A stretch of 64,000 nt of DNA, taken from Lingula anatina. Lineage: Eukaryota; Animalia; Brachiopoda. The position numbers and the translations under genes were made by a program. Below the pieces are notes generated by a model that searched no databases, was not told the DNA's origin, and saw only the letters and a program-made list of their open reading frames with translations. The DNA lies in contig CM120646.1 in NCBI GenBank assembly GCA_051362555.1, forward strand, positions 18,476,001 through 18,540,000, written 5' to 3'. Of this stretch, positions 10,589-22,034 are shown one piece after another. How positions within the stretch are numbered: position 1 is the stretch's first letter; every line of letters begins with the position of its first letter.

Positions 10589-12480
10589 ATGGATTTTACT
10601 GCAAAAATATCTAGAAGAATTCACACTCCTGTCTCGTTAACGACAAAGAGAATGACAAAGATGCGGTGCGACCAGATATACGCATATAGGATATCACAAA
10701 GCCTCACTCTGAGAAGTACTGTACCATGGCCCATATCGATCACATTTGACATTGAACTTGCTTTAAGGGTATTGTAAGGGTTTGTTTTCATCCAGAAACC
10801 GAAAATAAGTTTTTTTCGCATTAAATTATTCAATAATGCATCTACCTTTGTCCCACCTACTAAAAGCTGTAAGGGGGTAATTAACTTCAGTGCGCGGTCT
10901 GCTGACAGCAATTTAGCTTGAACCCTCAGGGAGTTAGGTCGATCTAGTTGGATCGATCTAAATCTCTGGGTATGTGCTCTTTGTTCTTCTATGTCTTTGC
11001 TAAGAAAATAACTTGATAGTGGCAAAAAAATGTAATAAAATATTGCAATTATTTTCTGATTTAAAGAATGCCTTTGCATTTTCAGGTACCTGGAAAACGA
11101 AAATGTTACAAAAAATACGAAGCTTTACGAGCCATCGTAACTATAAATAAAGAAACGACGCAATACTTCCTGGCTCTTGTTATTCGACAGATGATCTTTG
11201 TCGTGACAGATATAAATCTACTACTAGTACATTTGACTCTGTTTTAGGTAACGCTTTATCTGACAATATCATATTTCGTTAAGACACGAGGTTATTAATT
11301 GTGAGGCGGTGAATGCCGGTATTTAATGTCTCCTTGAAACGCATGGCCAACATCACAGTTTTCTAAGATTTAACACTATTTACACTTATGGTGGCGATTC
11401 AGAAATGAATACAAAGGATTTTGATAAATTATAATCTCATTTATCAAATATCTAAAATGAGGCTTTACAGTTGACCTTTGAGTAACCCGTGAATTTCTGC
11501 TTGGAAGTTTCAATTTCAATTTTTTTGTGGGGAAGGGGTGCAGCGTCACAATACCTGACCCCCTTTTTACTCCACTGTGCCGCGAATATTATTAACCCCC
11601 CTCCCCATTTCATTATACATTAAATTCAATGCCTCTAACCGGATGGCGTATATACATACACACTGTACTACGTCTGCGTGGTTGTTTATAACGTTTCCCT
11701 CACCGATCATAAAGAACACCGGTGCTTGCATAGCGTATTCAATTAATTAAGGTATCATTACGAAAAGAAACCGGAGTGTTCGTTTGGAGCAATGACCGAG
11801 TGTCTTGATATTTGCACTTAAAGGGATAATAACTCTTCGTATGAGATCTATATTTCACAATAAAAACATTGTGAACAACTCATAGAAATATAATATATAT
11901 TCTGTTGTACCACAAATACGGCAGTTATAACTATTATTTTTATATCTGAGCTTGTCTTTAGACTATGTGACCTCCATTGATGGCTATACTCTGTTATAAT
12001 ATCTTAAGAGATTATAACAAAAAAAAAAAAAAAAACTTTTTAGAAAAAAACCAGGGATTAATTTTGAATGTAAAAATGGATTCATTAACCATTGGTAAGT
12101 ATGGGACAACTGTTGTTTACTCCAGAAAAATTCATTTTTTAGCCAAAGCGAAGGTCCATATCCCTTTAATGTTGTCAGACTGCATATCGATTATTCTATT
12201 TGGCCATTTATGAACCGATTTGAAAACGGAGACTGAGTTCAAAGACGAACAAAGAAATAAGTTAGTTACATAACAGAATTAAAATAAAGTAAAATAGACC
12301 TTCTATAGCTTCACCCATGATTTGGGTGAAATATGAAGTTACAAATAAACAGCAAGATGTGTGCTCACAGAACATGGCTTCGATTTATATTTAATGCGAT
12401 CTACACATCACATTATAAATTGGCATTAATGGTATGGATCACCAAACATCAGCATATGCTGCGGTATGCCTCGCATTCTT

Positions 12481-14978
12481 TTAAGGTCCAAGAAACAGCT
12501 CGCTAATACCTAACCTGCTACTGCAATGATCATTGTAGATTGCCACTTGCTGATCGTAGACAAACGAATACGTGGTGCAACATAGCGTTACGTTACTAAC
12601 ATTAACATGAGAAAAGTCCAAGCCAAAATTGCAGGCCGATGCCATGTTGGCAAAGGCCAGTATGCGACGTCCTGGGGAAGGGAACGTTCCTCTTGCGTTC
12701 TCACACATGACTTGACCAAGGGGTTTCAGAACTCCCCCAATGGGTATTTTGGTGGACAAGGGCGTGGATGCCAGTTTTAATCTTGCCAAGCGTCCACAGT
12801 CTGACTTGCACCTCTGTGACATAGTGACGCAATCGGGGTGCCAATTGGGGTTGGTATTGGTAGGTGGTACGGTCCTCCTAGTAATGAAAAACTGTGGATA
12901 CGAGTCGGTCACCCTCTGGGTCTGGTTTCCTTCTTCCAGCCATACCTCGTTGTGCCCCTGTCCGTAGATGAGATCTGGGAGATGAAGTAGTAATGGTCCG
13001 GGTCTGGCTGGGGTCTTATCTTCAGCATGCAGTCTGCATTGGCACCTGCCAATAAAATGAAGATGTGGAAAAGAAATAATTTATGTATTTTTACGTCTAT
13101 AAAGAATAAAACGTAAGGTCTCCGTCTCTCTCTCTCTCTTGCATACACACACAAGTGCGCGCGTGCACACATATACATGTAAACACACATGCACGGACAT
13201 TATTTATGACACACACACGAGTATATATAATGTCATCGTAATCCATGTAAAACAAGATCATTGGATCTCAACAAAGTGCACTAGAGGTTCACAAAATTAC
13301 GTTAATCCAAGGAATTCCCTGGTTTATCTAACAACCACACCAACTTACCAAAACACACTTACCGACCTGCATTCTTTACCTTCGCATCCCCTAAAACACA
13401 AGAAACATTTAAATATTGAAATCATTGAAAACTTGAATACTATTCCTGGAAATTCATTATACCCGAAGAAAACGGCATTCCAGGAGCTGTTTTTATATTA
13501 CGGGTCGTAGGGATTTAACTTCAAAGTGTGGATGGCAACTTGTTGTCAATGACGTCATGTCAACACTATTTTCTGAGAAGTTCGTCTCTTTTTTCCCCTG
13601 ATGAAAGCATCAAACAACTGTTTCAGGTTCTTATCAAATGGCTGAGAATTACACAGTATAAAGATACAAGTTTAGAAACCAACCTAAATGTTGGCCAAAA
13701 TATAATTTGTCAATATGTCGACACCCCCCATCTCTCTCTCTCTCTCTCTCTCTCCCTCTCCCTGCTAGTCAGTTTACTTCATGGGATATTTCATTTACTT
13801 CTTGACCGTTGAAGATACCCAAAATTTTCTTATCACCGTAACATTCCATCGCCTTGACTGTCAACGACACAGCTGCGCCTGTTTGATCTACATTCTGGAT
13901 GTGTACCAGTTTTACGGGCAGGTAGCGTTTGTCGTCCAAATAGCCCTGGTCGTTATGCCAGTTGTCATCATTTATTCCGCCACAGTTGCAGTTGTAACTA
14001 AAACAAGTATTGGCACGTGCTTAATTTTAATAATGGCCATCGTGACTGTGCTGATAAAAAATTGGTGCAACCACAAAGAAGGCTGTTGAAAACAAAATAG
14101 ATTTCTGAAAGACTTAAAAAATCTGTTAAGCAAGAACTTTGACTTGTAACTTTGATGGGAAACAAACAGATAAAACCTCACATAAATATCGGTCAACCAT
14201 AAGAAAATGCATGTTGTTAATATAAGAGCTATAATTGCACTGCGGTGTTTTCACGATACCTTGAGTTGTCACACCGGCCTTGAAGCGAGCAAGCACACCG
14301 AGAACTGTCGGTAGGAGCTCCTCCCCAATTCCTCATGGCCCATCCTTGTCGTGAAACCCACCATGACTTATTTTCAAAATTCTTCGCCTTTACGCATTGA
14401 AGTTGAACAAATTGACGACAATTGTCAGATACTTTAATGAGGCTTTCAATTTGTTCTGGCGTTGGACTATAGTCAAATGCAGCAAGGCGGGTTCGTGCGC
14501 CAGGTCCTTGGAAACGCTGTGGTTGCGGGGTTGGCCCGCCTTGATGAGTTACTAACGTGACAACGTGGCCAGGTAAATCACTTCTCTGCGCACAGGTGAC
14601 TTTGAACGGATTCACCCCACCTGGACCGTCGGGATCGATCGTGTGTTCACCTGTGAGAGATGTGGTTGAATTTCCAGTTGATGTCAGATCTAACACGTCT
14701 TCACATGTTCTGGGGACTGCAATCAATACGCCAATCAATCAGTCAATGATCATTTTTAAAGGTACGAAGAACTTTGGACCCTTATGTAACGTAGCTGCAA
14801 TAGTCTCCGTAATTTATATTCATAGACGACCAGCGTTTACGTAAGTGACCAGTCAGTTATTACAAATTCGATGATTATTCGCAACAATATACGTACTGCT
14901 TTTTGCGGCTAAATCCAGCGATGCATACACGAGTATTAGCAGAGAGATGATTGCTCCTGCCAAGATAGTCCTGGCCAT
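12481..14978 (-). CDS. Secreted Caspr/neurexin-IV-type fibrinogen-like domain protein with unknown Cys-rich C-terminal domain, paralogue 2 (~430 aa)
   Basis: Exons 14978-14897 (signal peptide MARTILAGAIISLLILVYASLDLAA), 14716-14260 (PRTCEDV..HTIDPDGPGGVNPFKVTC..WWVSRQG..NWGGAPTDSSRCACSLQGRC), 13997-13837 (YNCNC..WHNDQGYLDDKRYLPV..MECY; donor position uncertain), 13390-13363 (28-nt micro-exon), 13045-12481 (CQCRLHAED..PLLLHLPDLIYGQG..stop). Same phases as paralogue 1. Confidence 0.82.
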
Positions 14979-15240
14979 TGTGAGATGCCAACTGTTCTTG
15001 TCCGCAGTGGTAGCTGACCACAGCTTAAACTGACTGAGTGGTCCGTGCGAAAATCCCCATGTGTTGTCATGATTTCAGGAGGTAGCCACTGGTCATCATG
15101 ATAAGGAGCGTGGACCCTAGTGACTGTCACATTTCATTCATGTACGGTATCAGCTAGCGCGTGATGTGGTACATATATATTTTTTAATTTGTATGGCCCA
15201 TTGAGGTTTTAATGGATTGCACCATATAATTTTATTAATA

Positions 15241-15243
<3 letters not shown>

Positions 15244-15292
<49 letters not shown>
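15244..15292. repeat. (TTA)n microsatellite
   Basis: Direct reading; a second (TTA)n at ~45017-45064. Confidence 0.9.
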
Positions 15293-15293
<1 letters not shown>

Positions 15294-16580
15294 AAGTAAA
15301 CCAAAATGATGGTTAAATATTTTTACACTTAAGAAGTCCCAGTGTTACCCGTTTACTAAGTTGACATAATGCATACCCAATACTTTTTTAGAAGAGTATT
15401 TTATAATTGAAAAGTACAGGAGCTCAAGAAGGTTTTTAACTCAATACACATCGATTTGGAAATAATGGAGAACGCATGTTATTTTGCTAATTTTATTTCC
15501 TTTAGTCGGTTGGATTCACACCTAAATAGGAGCCTTAAAAAATAAAGACATCCTTTCAAAATTAAACGATAAAAAAGTTACGTATATCGAGCAAATTTAA
15601 TTCATAATTAAAAATAGTTCTCTTATCATGTGAAAAATGAACGAAAAGCATCGATACACATTAGAAGCATGCATACACAGATACGTAAAGAATGTACTTA
15701 GATAGTGTCACTTGTTACACTAAAACATCCATACTGTACATAATAGACGGCAACGGTAAAACTACTGCGCAAGAAGTAAAATGTCTTTGTAACTTCCCAT
15801 TAAGCCTTCACCTTTATTAATTACACAACGTTAATGTAATTGTTAAATGCAATATCTACGCTATTTATTGCACATATGTCGGTCTTAGACGATAAAATGA
15901 TATATGCATGTTATAGTATCATTTAATATCTGTAAGAGCATAATAAACATGCGCTGTATATGTTACATTTGTATTTGTCATATCTATGCAAAGAAGAAAT
16001 TGTATTAAAAGGTAAATATGCGCACTAAAAACGTCGAACCAAACTTACTAAAAAACAATATATACATAGTTGGACGGACCAATCATTCATACCTTTCACT
16101 CACGTTGGCACAAGTTTCAACTTTCAGTGATAATCTTTGTTTAAATCAAGGCTTTAAAACGGAATAAAAATATTTCACAATCATATGCACAGAAACAGTC
16201 ACCGTCTTGGGTAAAGTCACTACTTAGAGACAATAGGTCTAGTATTGAACAAGTTTTATCCAAACTACGCATCGCTTTTGATATATGAACAAAGGGATAC
16301 ATTTTTACACACCTGAAAATTAAGAATTCATAGCTGTGATGCTCTAAGTACTTTCGTGGTCAACTGCGCTTTTTTGTATGATCATGTATTCTTCAATTTA
16401 TTTTCAAGACAATATATTTCCACAACTGAGTTCTCTTCATAAAACACATAGCACATAACGTCTTCAGCACCGCGTTTCTCTTACTTACAGTTCTACAATA
16501 TAGTTTTTTCTTTTCTTTTTTCTGTTTTTTTTTTTTTTTGGATTGTATGATCACTGTCGATCACCACAGCTCTCTTCTGA

Positions 16581-18026
16581 TTACATTTCTGCATTAACGG
16601 GGCGTTGTGTCGGGGGCGCGTATTGACAGATGGGCCTAGGACCGCCCATTGGTGACATACCCTTCTGTGACGCGCCAAGATTGGTGCCCATCTGGAGATG
16701 AGTAATGCCTTGGCTCGCACGCGCCGGCTGGGAGGGACTTTGGACACCTCCTGGTTGGACATCACCGATTCTCCTCACTGCACCGAACGGTGACATCCCT
16801 GACTGCGAAGCCAGCTTGTTGGTGCCCATCTGTCCACCGATGACTGGAGCGGTGGCACCTTGTGGCTGTGTTGGCATGATGCCCCTTGTGGCGCCGAATG
16901 GAGATAACCCGTGCTGAGAAGCTAGCTTGTTCGTGCCCATTTGTCCTCCGATGGTGGACAACCCCTGCGATGTTGGGCCTGCAGCTCCGGTGTTGTCTGC
17001 CACGCGGCGTACTCCACCAAAAGGCGACATGCCAGCCTGTGATGCCAATTTGTTTGTCCCCATCTGTCCGCTGATCACTCCCTGTGAGGTGCGGTTCATG
17101 CTGTCGGTGCCTGTTTGGTCGGCGACGCGGCGCACGGCGCCAAACGGGGTCATGCCTGACTGTGAGGCGTGCTTGTTTGAACCTGCTTGCAGCCCAATGA
17201 TACCCTGGGTCTGACGGCTTTCCTCCATATCGCCTGATGACATGACACTTCTTGGAGCACCAAATGCCGTCATGCCTTTCTGTGATGCTGTCTTGTTGGT
17301 GCCATACTGCAGTCCAATCACGCCCTGGCTTTCTCTGGTTTGCTCCGAGCTACCCAAATCGGAGACATGTCGCACGGCGCCGAAGGGAGTCATCCCTTTT
17401 TGTGACATGTTCTTATTTGAGCCCATCTGAAGCCCGATGACGTCTTTCCCTTGATAGTCGGCAGCACCGACGTCGGACACGTGTCGGGCGGCACCGAATG
17501 CAGACATGCCCTTTTGGGAAGCCAATTTATTTGTACCGTATTGTAGTCCTATGACATCTTTGCCTTCATACTCTGAGACACCAAGATCGGTTCCGTGTCG
17601 AGTAGCACCAAACGCCGTCATGCCTTTCTGGGATTCCAGCTTGTTTGTACCCATCTGTCCGGAAATGACGTCCTTCCCTTGAAATTCAGAGACCCCGAGG
17701 TCCGTCCCATGGCGCGAGGCACCGAATGACGTCATGCCATGCTGAGAGGCGAGCTTATTGGTTCCCATCTGACCGGATATGACGTCCTTGCCCTCAAACT
17801 CGGAGACACCTAAATCTGTGCCATGGCGGGAGGCGCCAAATGATGTCATGCCCTGTTGTGAGGCCCCTGCGTTGCTTCCGTACTGGCCTGAAATGACACC
17901 GGCGCTGGCTTGATCGTACTCATTAGCCCCCACGTCGGCTGCACGGCGCACGGCTCCCATGGGAGTCATGCCTTTCTGTGAGGCCAGGTCAGCGCCATGG
18001 ACAATGCTGTTTTCTGCCATAGACAT
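16581..18026 (-). CDS. Calponin-repeat-only protein (UNC-87-like, no CH domain), 481 aa, single coding exon
   Basis: 11 full repeats plus one partial of the calponin motif IxxQxG(T/S)NKxASQxGMxxFGAxR. Acceptor TTTTCAG just upstream (exon starts 18064); probable 5'UTR exons end at GTAAG donors near 19826 and 19982. Confidence 0.92.
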   Translation of the reverse strand: MSMAENSIVHGADLASQKGMTPMGAVRRAADVGANEYDQASAGVISGQYGSNAGASQQGMTSFGASRHGTDLGVSEFEGKDVISGQMGTNKLASQHGMTSFGASRHGTDLGVSEFQGKDVISGQMGTNKLESQKGMTAFGATRHGTDLGVSEYEGKDVIGLQYGTNKLASQKGMSAFGAARHVSDVGAADYQGKDVIGLQMGSNKNMSQKGMTPFGAVRHVSDLGSSEQTRESQGVIGLQYGTNKTASQKGMTAFGAPRSVMSSGDMEESRQTQGIIGLQAGSNKHASQSGMTPFGAVRRVADQTGTDSMNRTSQGVISGQMGTNKLASQAGMSPFGGVRRVADNTGAAGPTSQGLSTIGGQMGTNKLASQHGLSPFGATRGIMPTQPQGATAPVIGGQMGTNKLASQSGMSPFGAVRRIGDVQPGGVQSPSQPARASQGITHLQMGTNLGASQKGMSPMGGPRPICQYAPPTQRPVNAEM

Positions 18027-21000
18027 TTTGATGAGTTGGTGTGTATGGTTCTGATATAGGTGTTCTGAAAATAGAGTGTATAGATATATAAATAGTGCTG
18101 TTAATGCTAAATACTACGGGCAAGCGAGTCATGCAGATATATTTAAATGGCCAGCAACAAGATTCGTTCAAGTGAACGGTTGTAAAAATGTTAAATACAG
18201 GTCAATATACATAGAAACATCGACAAATATACAGCGCATGTGAGCGGACAATGGTTTGCATGGGAACTGTTTTATTAAACGTTTTTTGAAAAATAAATAT
18301 CATATTAATTATGCATTCAATTTGTGTACATTTTATTCATGGATTTAGGGAGTTGATGATCCGTAGATGTGATGAAAACAATAGCATGTCGTGAATCACA
18401 CCGGTTAATATATAGATAATTCACCAGTTCACTTTAATTCCTCCGATCGAGACGGAAATTCGAATGAAATACATCAGATCGGTGTGTTTTTATTAAACAG
18501 ACTCGAGTAGTATAGTCGAGAAAATCAACAAGAGCAATATGAAACTTGCTACGTCAAAGGTCGAATTCCAAGGAAACATTTCTAACAGATCGCGATTTTA
18601 CAAACTGAGGGCATAAGACTCCGTGATGTGAAAAAAACATCATTTCAGTTGATATTGGTCTTCAGGCGAAAACAACTGATGTTCATAAACAACTGTAGAA
18701 TTTTATTTCCAGGGGATTAGCCTATACATGTACACCCATGAATCAGGTGAACTTGCACGTTTCATATCGCGCTGACGGATCGTTTCTATTTATATAATAG
18801 TCTATTTGATATCTTTATAAGAATCAGTACCTGTATGAGTTCATATGTTTATCATGACTATCACAATATTACTATATCCCCACTCCCGTTGCTCTGACGG
18901 GATTCATAACGACGAAAGAATTTAACGGCAACAAAATGAAGTACCAAGAGACATTCCAGTCTGGAAGAAACCCGCCGCTGTCTACAGGTACTCACACAGC
19001 ACTGTCGGGTTGTGGTTCATATGTTAGCATGCTAGCACCGTTCTCGGGAATGGGAAGGGTTAAAAGAACAGCAAAACATCTGTCTTGTAACATGAAACGC
19101 CGGCCAGCTTACCTGAAGTAGGTAAACACCCAGGGCTCGAACTGGGGAGTCGTCTGTTTCGACCGTTTGATTTTGATAGAAATTTATTACCGAACTTACT
19201 GGTTCCTTCAGTTAATTCACCAGGCTCTAATAACCACCCATTAAATTCGATAATGTAATAAATTAATAAGGACGGTAAAAACACATTTTAAGTGTACTGG
19301 GTATCGCGCCCTTTCCCAAGATTCCTCTACCGGTGACGTAGGCGTATGAGAAATTAACGTCGTCGGTTTTTTGCTAGTCTTACCATCACATCTTTTAACT
19401 GCGTTTAGTTGGATAAATTTGAGATTTGAAGTTTAGTACCAAATCCTTACACCTCTAAGCCAGTTTGATGAAAGCGATTTCAAAGACATGGCAAGGATTC
19501 TGATGATTTATAATAAAAATTATATCAACCATCTCGTTAAACCAGGGACATAGACCAGTTTCTGATAAAAAGGCCTACAACACGCATTTCATACCGGTGA
19601 CTTGTTTTACCCCTAAGTAAAAGCTCTGAATTTACCTTACATGAGGCTCTACCCAGTTTTTCTTAATTTCCTTTTATTTTCTTTAATTTCTTTCACAATA
19701 ATCATTATCATCAAAATAATACGTCTCTTTGTAGTTACTTTCTAACTTAAAGAATCCCCTTATCCCATATCAAGAACGTAGAATGACTTGGCTCGAGATC
19801 CCCTATAGCACAGAGATACACTTACCTGTGAATTTCTCCGCCACAGATCACGCAATTGGATTTGCTGATTTCTTAGAAAGTTTTATACTACGACCCGACC
19901 CATTCACCAGAACCATTCGTATGACACATATTTGTTTCTAGAATGTGAGTCATTATTTAACTCCGATCAGAAAACGCTTACCTGAATTTTATCTTGCTCT
20001 CGTTCAGGCAGACGATTCCGGCAGAGGCGCTCTCGTCTGCTGCTATGCGTATGTATCAATCAATGGGGCTCCACAGGGGGGGAAATAACGCGCCTAAAAT
20101 GTAAGATCAATATAGTTAATCCGGACCGGTGGGGCTTTTAAAGTTTGAGCCGGCACAGCAGCCGTCTGAAATGAACATCTGTGCTCTGTCTTTAGTTGTT
20201 TTCCTGAATATTGTTTCATATGCAAGCGTTTTCACACATGAGAGTATTTAGAAAACAACGTCATATGGAATGCGTTACACTTAACCCCAGCTAACAAACT
20301 GTTGTGAACACTTACATGCTGAGAAGGCATTTTTCTTGTACTATTGCTCGATTTTTCTTCAGTTTATTACCGGCTTGTAAATTTTATCTATTTCCGCACG
20401 TAGTTTTTGTAATCCCCAAATCAAATGAACATCCCCACAAATAATACTATAATAATTCGAAAGTGATCAGTGAAGAACACATTTACTGTGTTTCACATTC
20501 ACCCGTGAATGATAAATAATCGCCTGCCGTTCTTTTTAGATCTGTGTAAAACAGGAGGCGCATTAGACAGGTGCGCTCAACAAGAGGATGACCTAACTTC
20601 TGCTCAGTTGTTTAACTTCAGCTACCGGATAAATTTAGTAGAATTATACTAAGCTTGTTTATCTCCTTAATATATCACAGCTCACATGTCGACAGACTAA
20701 ATTCAGTTATGTAATTTAAATTTACAAATACAATCCACCTACAGTAGCCATCAAAAAAGAAAACAGGATAAGATATAAAGTAGTTATTTTTCTTCACTCA
20801 ACGGCTAGTATTGAAGACAAGTTGTTGTTTACCTCCAATATTTCGATGTCTGTCTGAGGCATATGTGAGACATGTATCTGTATTAGGGAAATATTTTTTT
20901 GGTAAGATTAGAGATGTTTTGCAGGACCTGTACTCTATAATGAAATAACGTGGATATACAAAATACATCATAGAGTTTAAAGCGGTGAGATTGTGTAGCA

Positions 21001-21659
21001 AAATGGAATCTGTTACAATTAGCCCACTGGCAGTAATAAAATGCTATTGGATGAATAAACAGAGGAGAATGGCACGTAGGCTGAAAGTGTTAGAGAACCA
21101 CCGCAGAAAAAGCCTAAACCCCTTTCAGCTAAAACGAGAGAAAACAAGGAAAAAAAGCATAGCATTTAAGCTAAACTTGGTTCTCAGAACCCGTCCTGCA
21201 CAGCATGCCTTTCCCCACAGTACTCCCCCACTATTCTAACCCATTCAATATGCTACACATGTATGCACCGATGTGATACATCTGCGCAAATGTGAACATC
21301 AGCCGACAAACAGGGGTGGTGAATCCAGGCCAATAGCCCGTTTCTCTAAATCGAGCATTCCTAACACGGCTAAGTGCTGCACTATAAAGAACGCAGAACA
21401 GCACATCAGGTAGGTAGACTTCGCGAAACGCTATCTCCTGTGCTCAGCCGTTCAATTTCGGTAGGTAATCATCAATTTTCGTTTATAATCCAAAGTCACG
21501 AAACTGTCCTAGCGCACGTACGCACGGGTGTCTCAGTGTTTTGTTTAACTTTCTGATATATTTTCTTGTTACGAACAAAAATAGCTACCGAAATCTGAGT
21601 GAAAACAGACTGTGAAGCCTTACCTGTATTCTTGCTCGCAGACCGAAAGGTGAAGATGC

Positions 21660-21745
21660 GCATCACCATAGCAACCGGCCCCCGTAACGCGCACCTTGCC
21701 GATGACGTCACAACGACAGAAACGGCACGCTGCTTTATATGGCGA
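21660..21745 (+). promoter_or_regulatory. Candidate promoter of the plus-strand calponin gene
   Basis: Locally CpG-rich. RFX-like CCATAGCAAC (~21666), perfect CRE TGACGTCA (21703-21710) and TATA/CArG-like CTTTATATGG (~21733), ~300 nt upstream of the ATG. Confidence 0.4.
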
Positions 21746-22034
21746 AGCTATGTCGGTAATTTGAGCCCAACTCGCACTGATACCTGGGATCGAGTGATGC
21801 GACCCTCGCTGTACCTGTATATGTTTCTGTTTTTAGGAAAGCCCTGTTCGAAGAACGATTAAGCCGGAGCCATTGCCTGACAGACGGTGCCGTCGTTTTC
21901 GCCCGAGCTCTCTCCCCAGCCACTCAAGCAAAGGAACCCCTGGAGATTTTTCTACGGTGACGAAAAAAGGGACACAACAAACTTAAACTATTTATTAAGC
22001 TGACCAGTCGAGTGACCAACAAAAACAATACAAC

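Noticed and set aside
10621-11079. 152-aa ORF upstream of paralogue 1
   Set aside because: No recognisable motifs and no counterpart at paralogue 2; probably UTR or intron.
548-13190. Alternative frame of the last exons (GANAVFM.. / GANADCM..)
   Set aside because: Poorly conserved between paralogues and stops early in one; the CQC..LPDLIYGQG frame is the conserved one.
19130-19165. B-box-like GTTCGAGCCC on the minus strand suggesting a tRNA or SINE
   Set aside because: No A-box or cloverleaf could be built.
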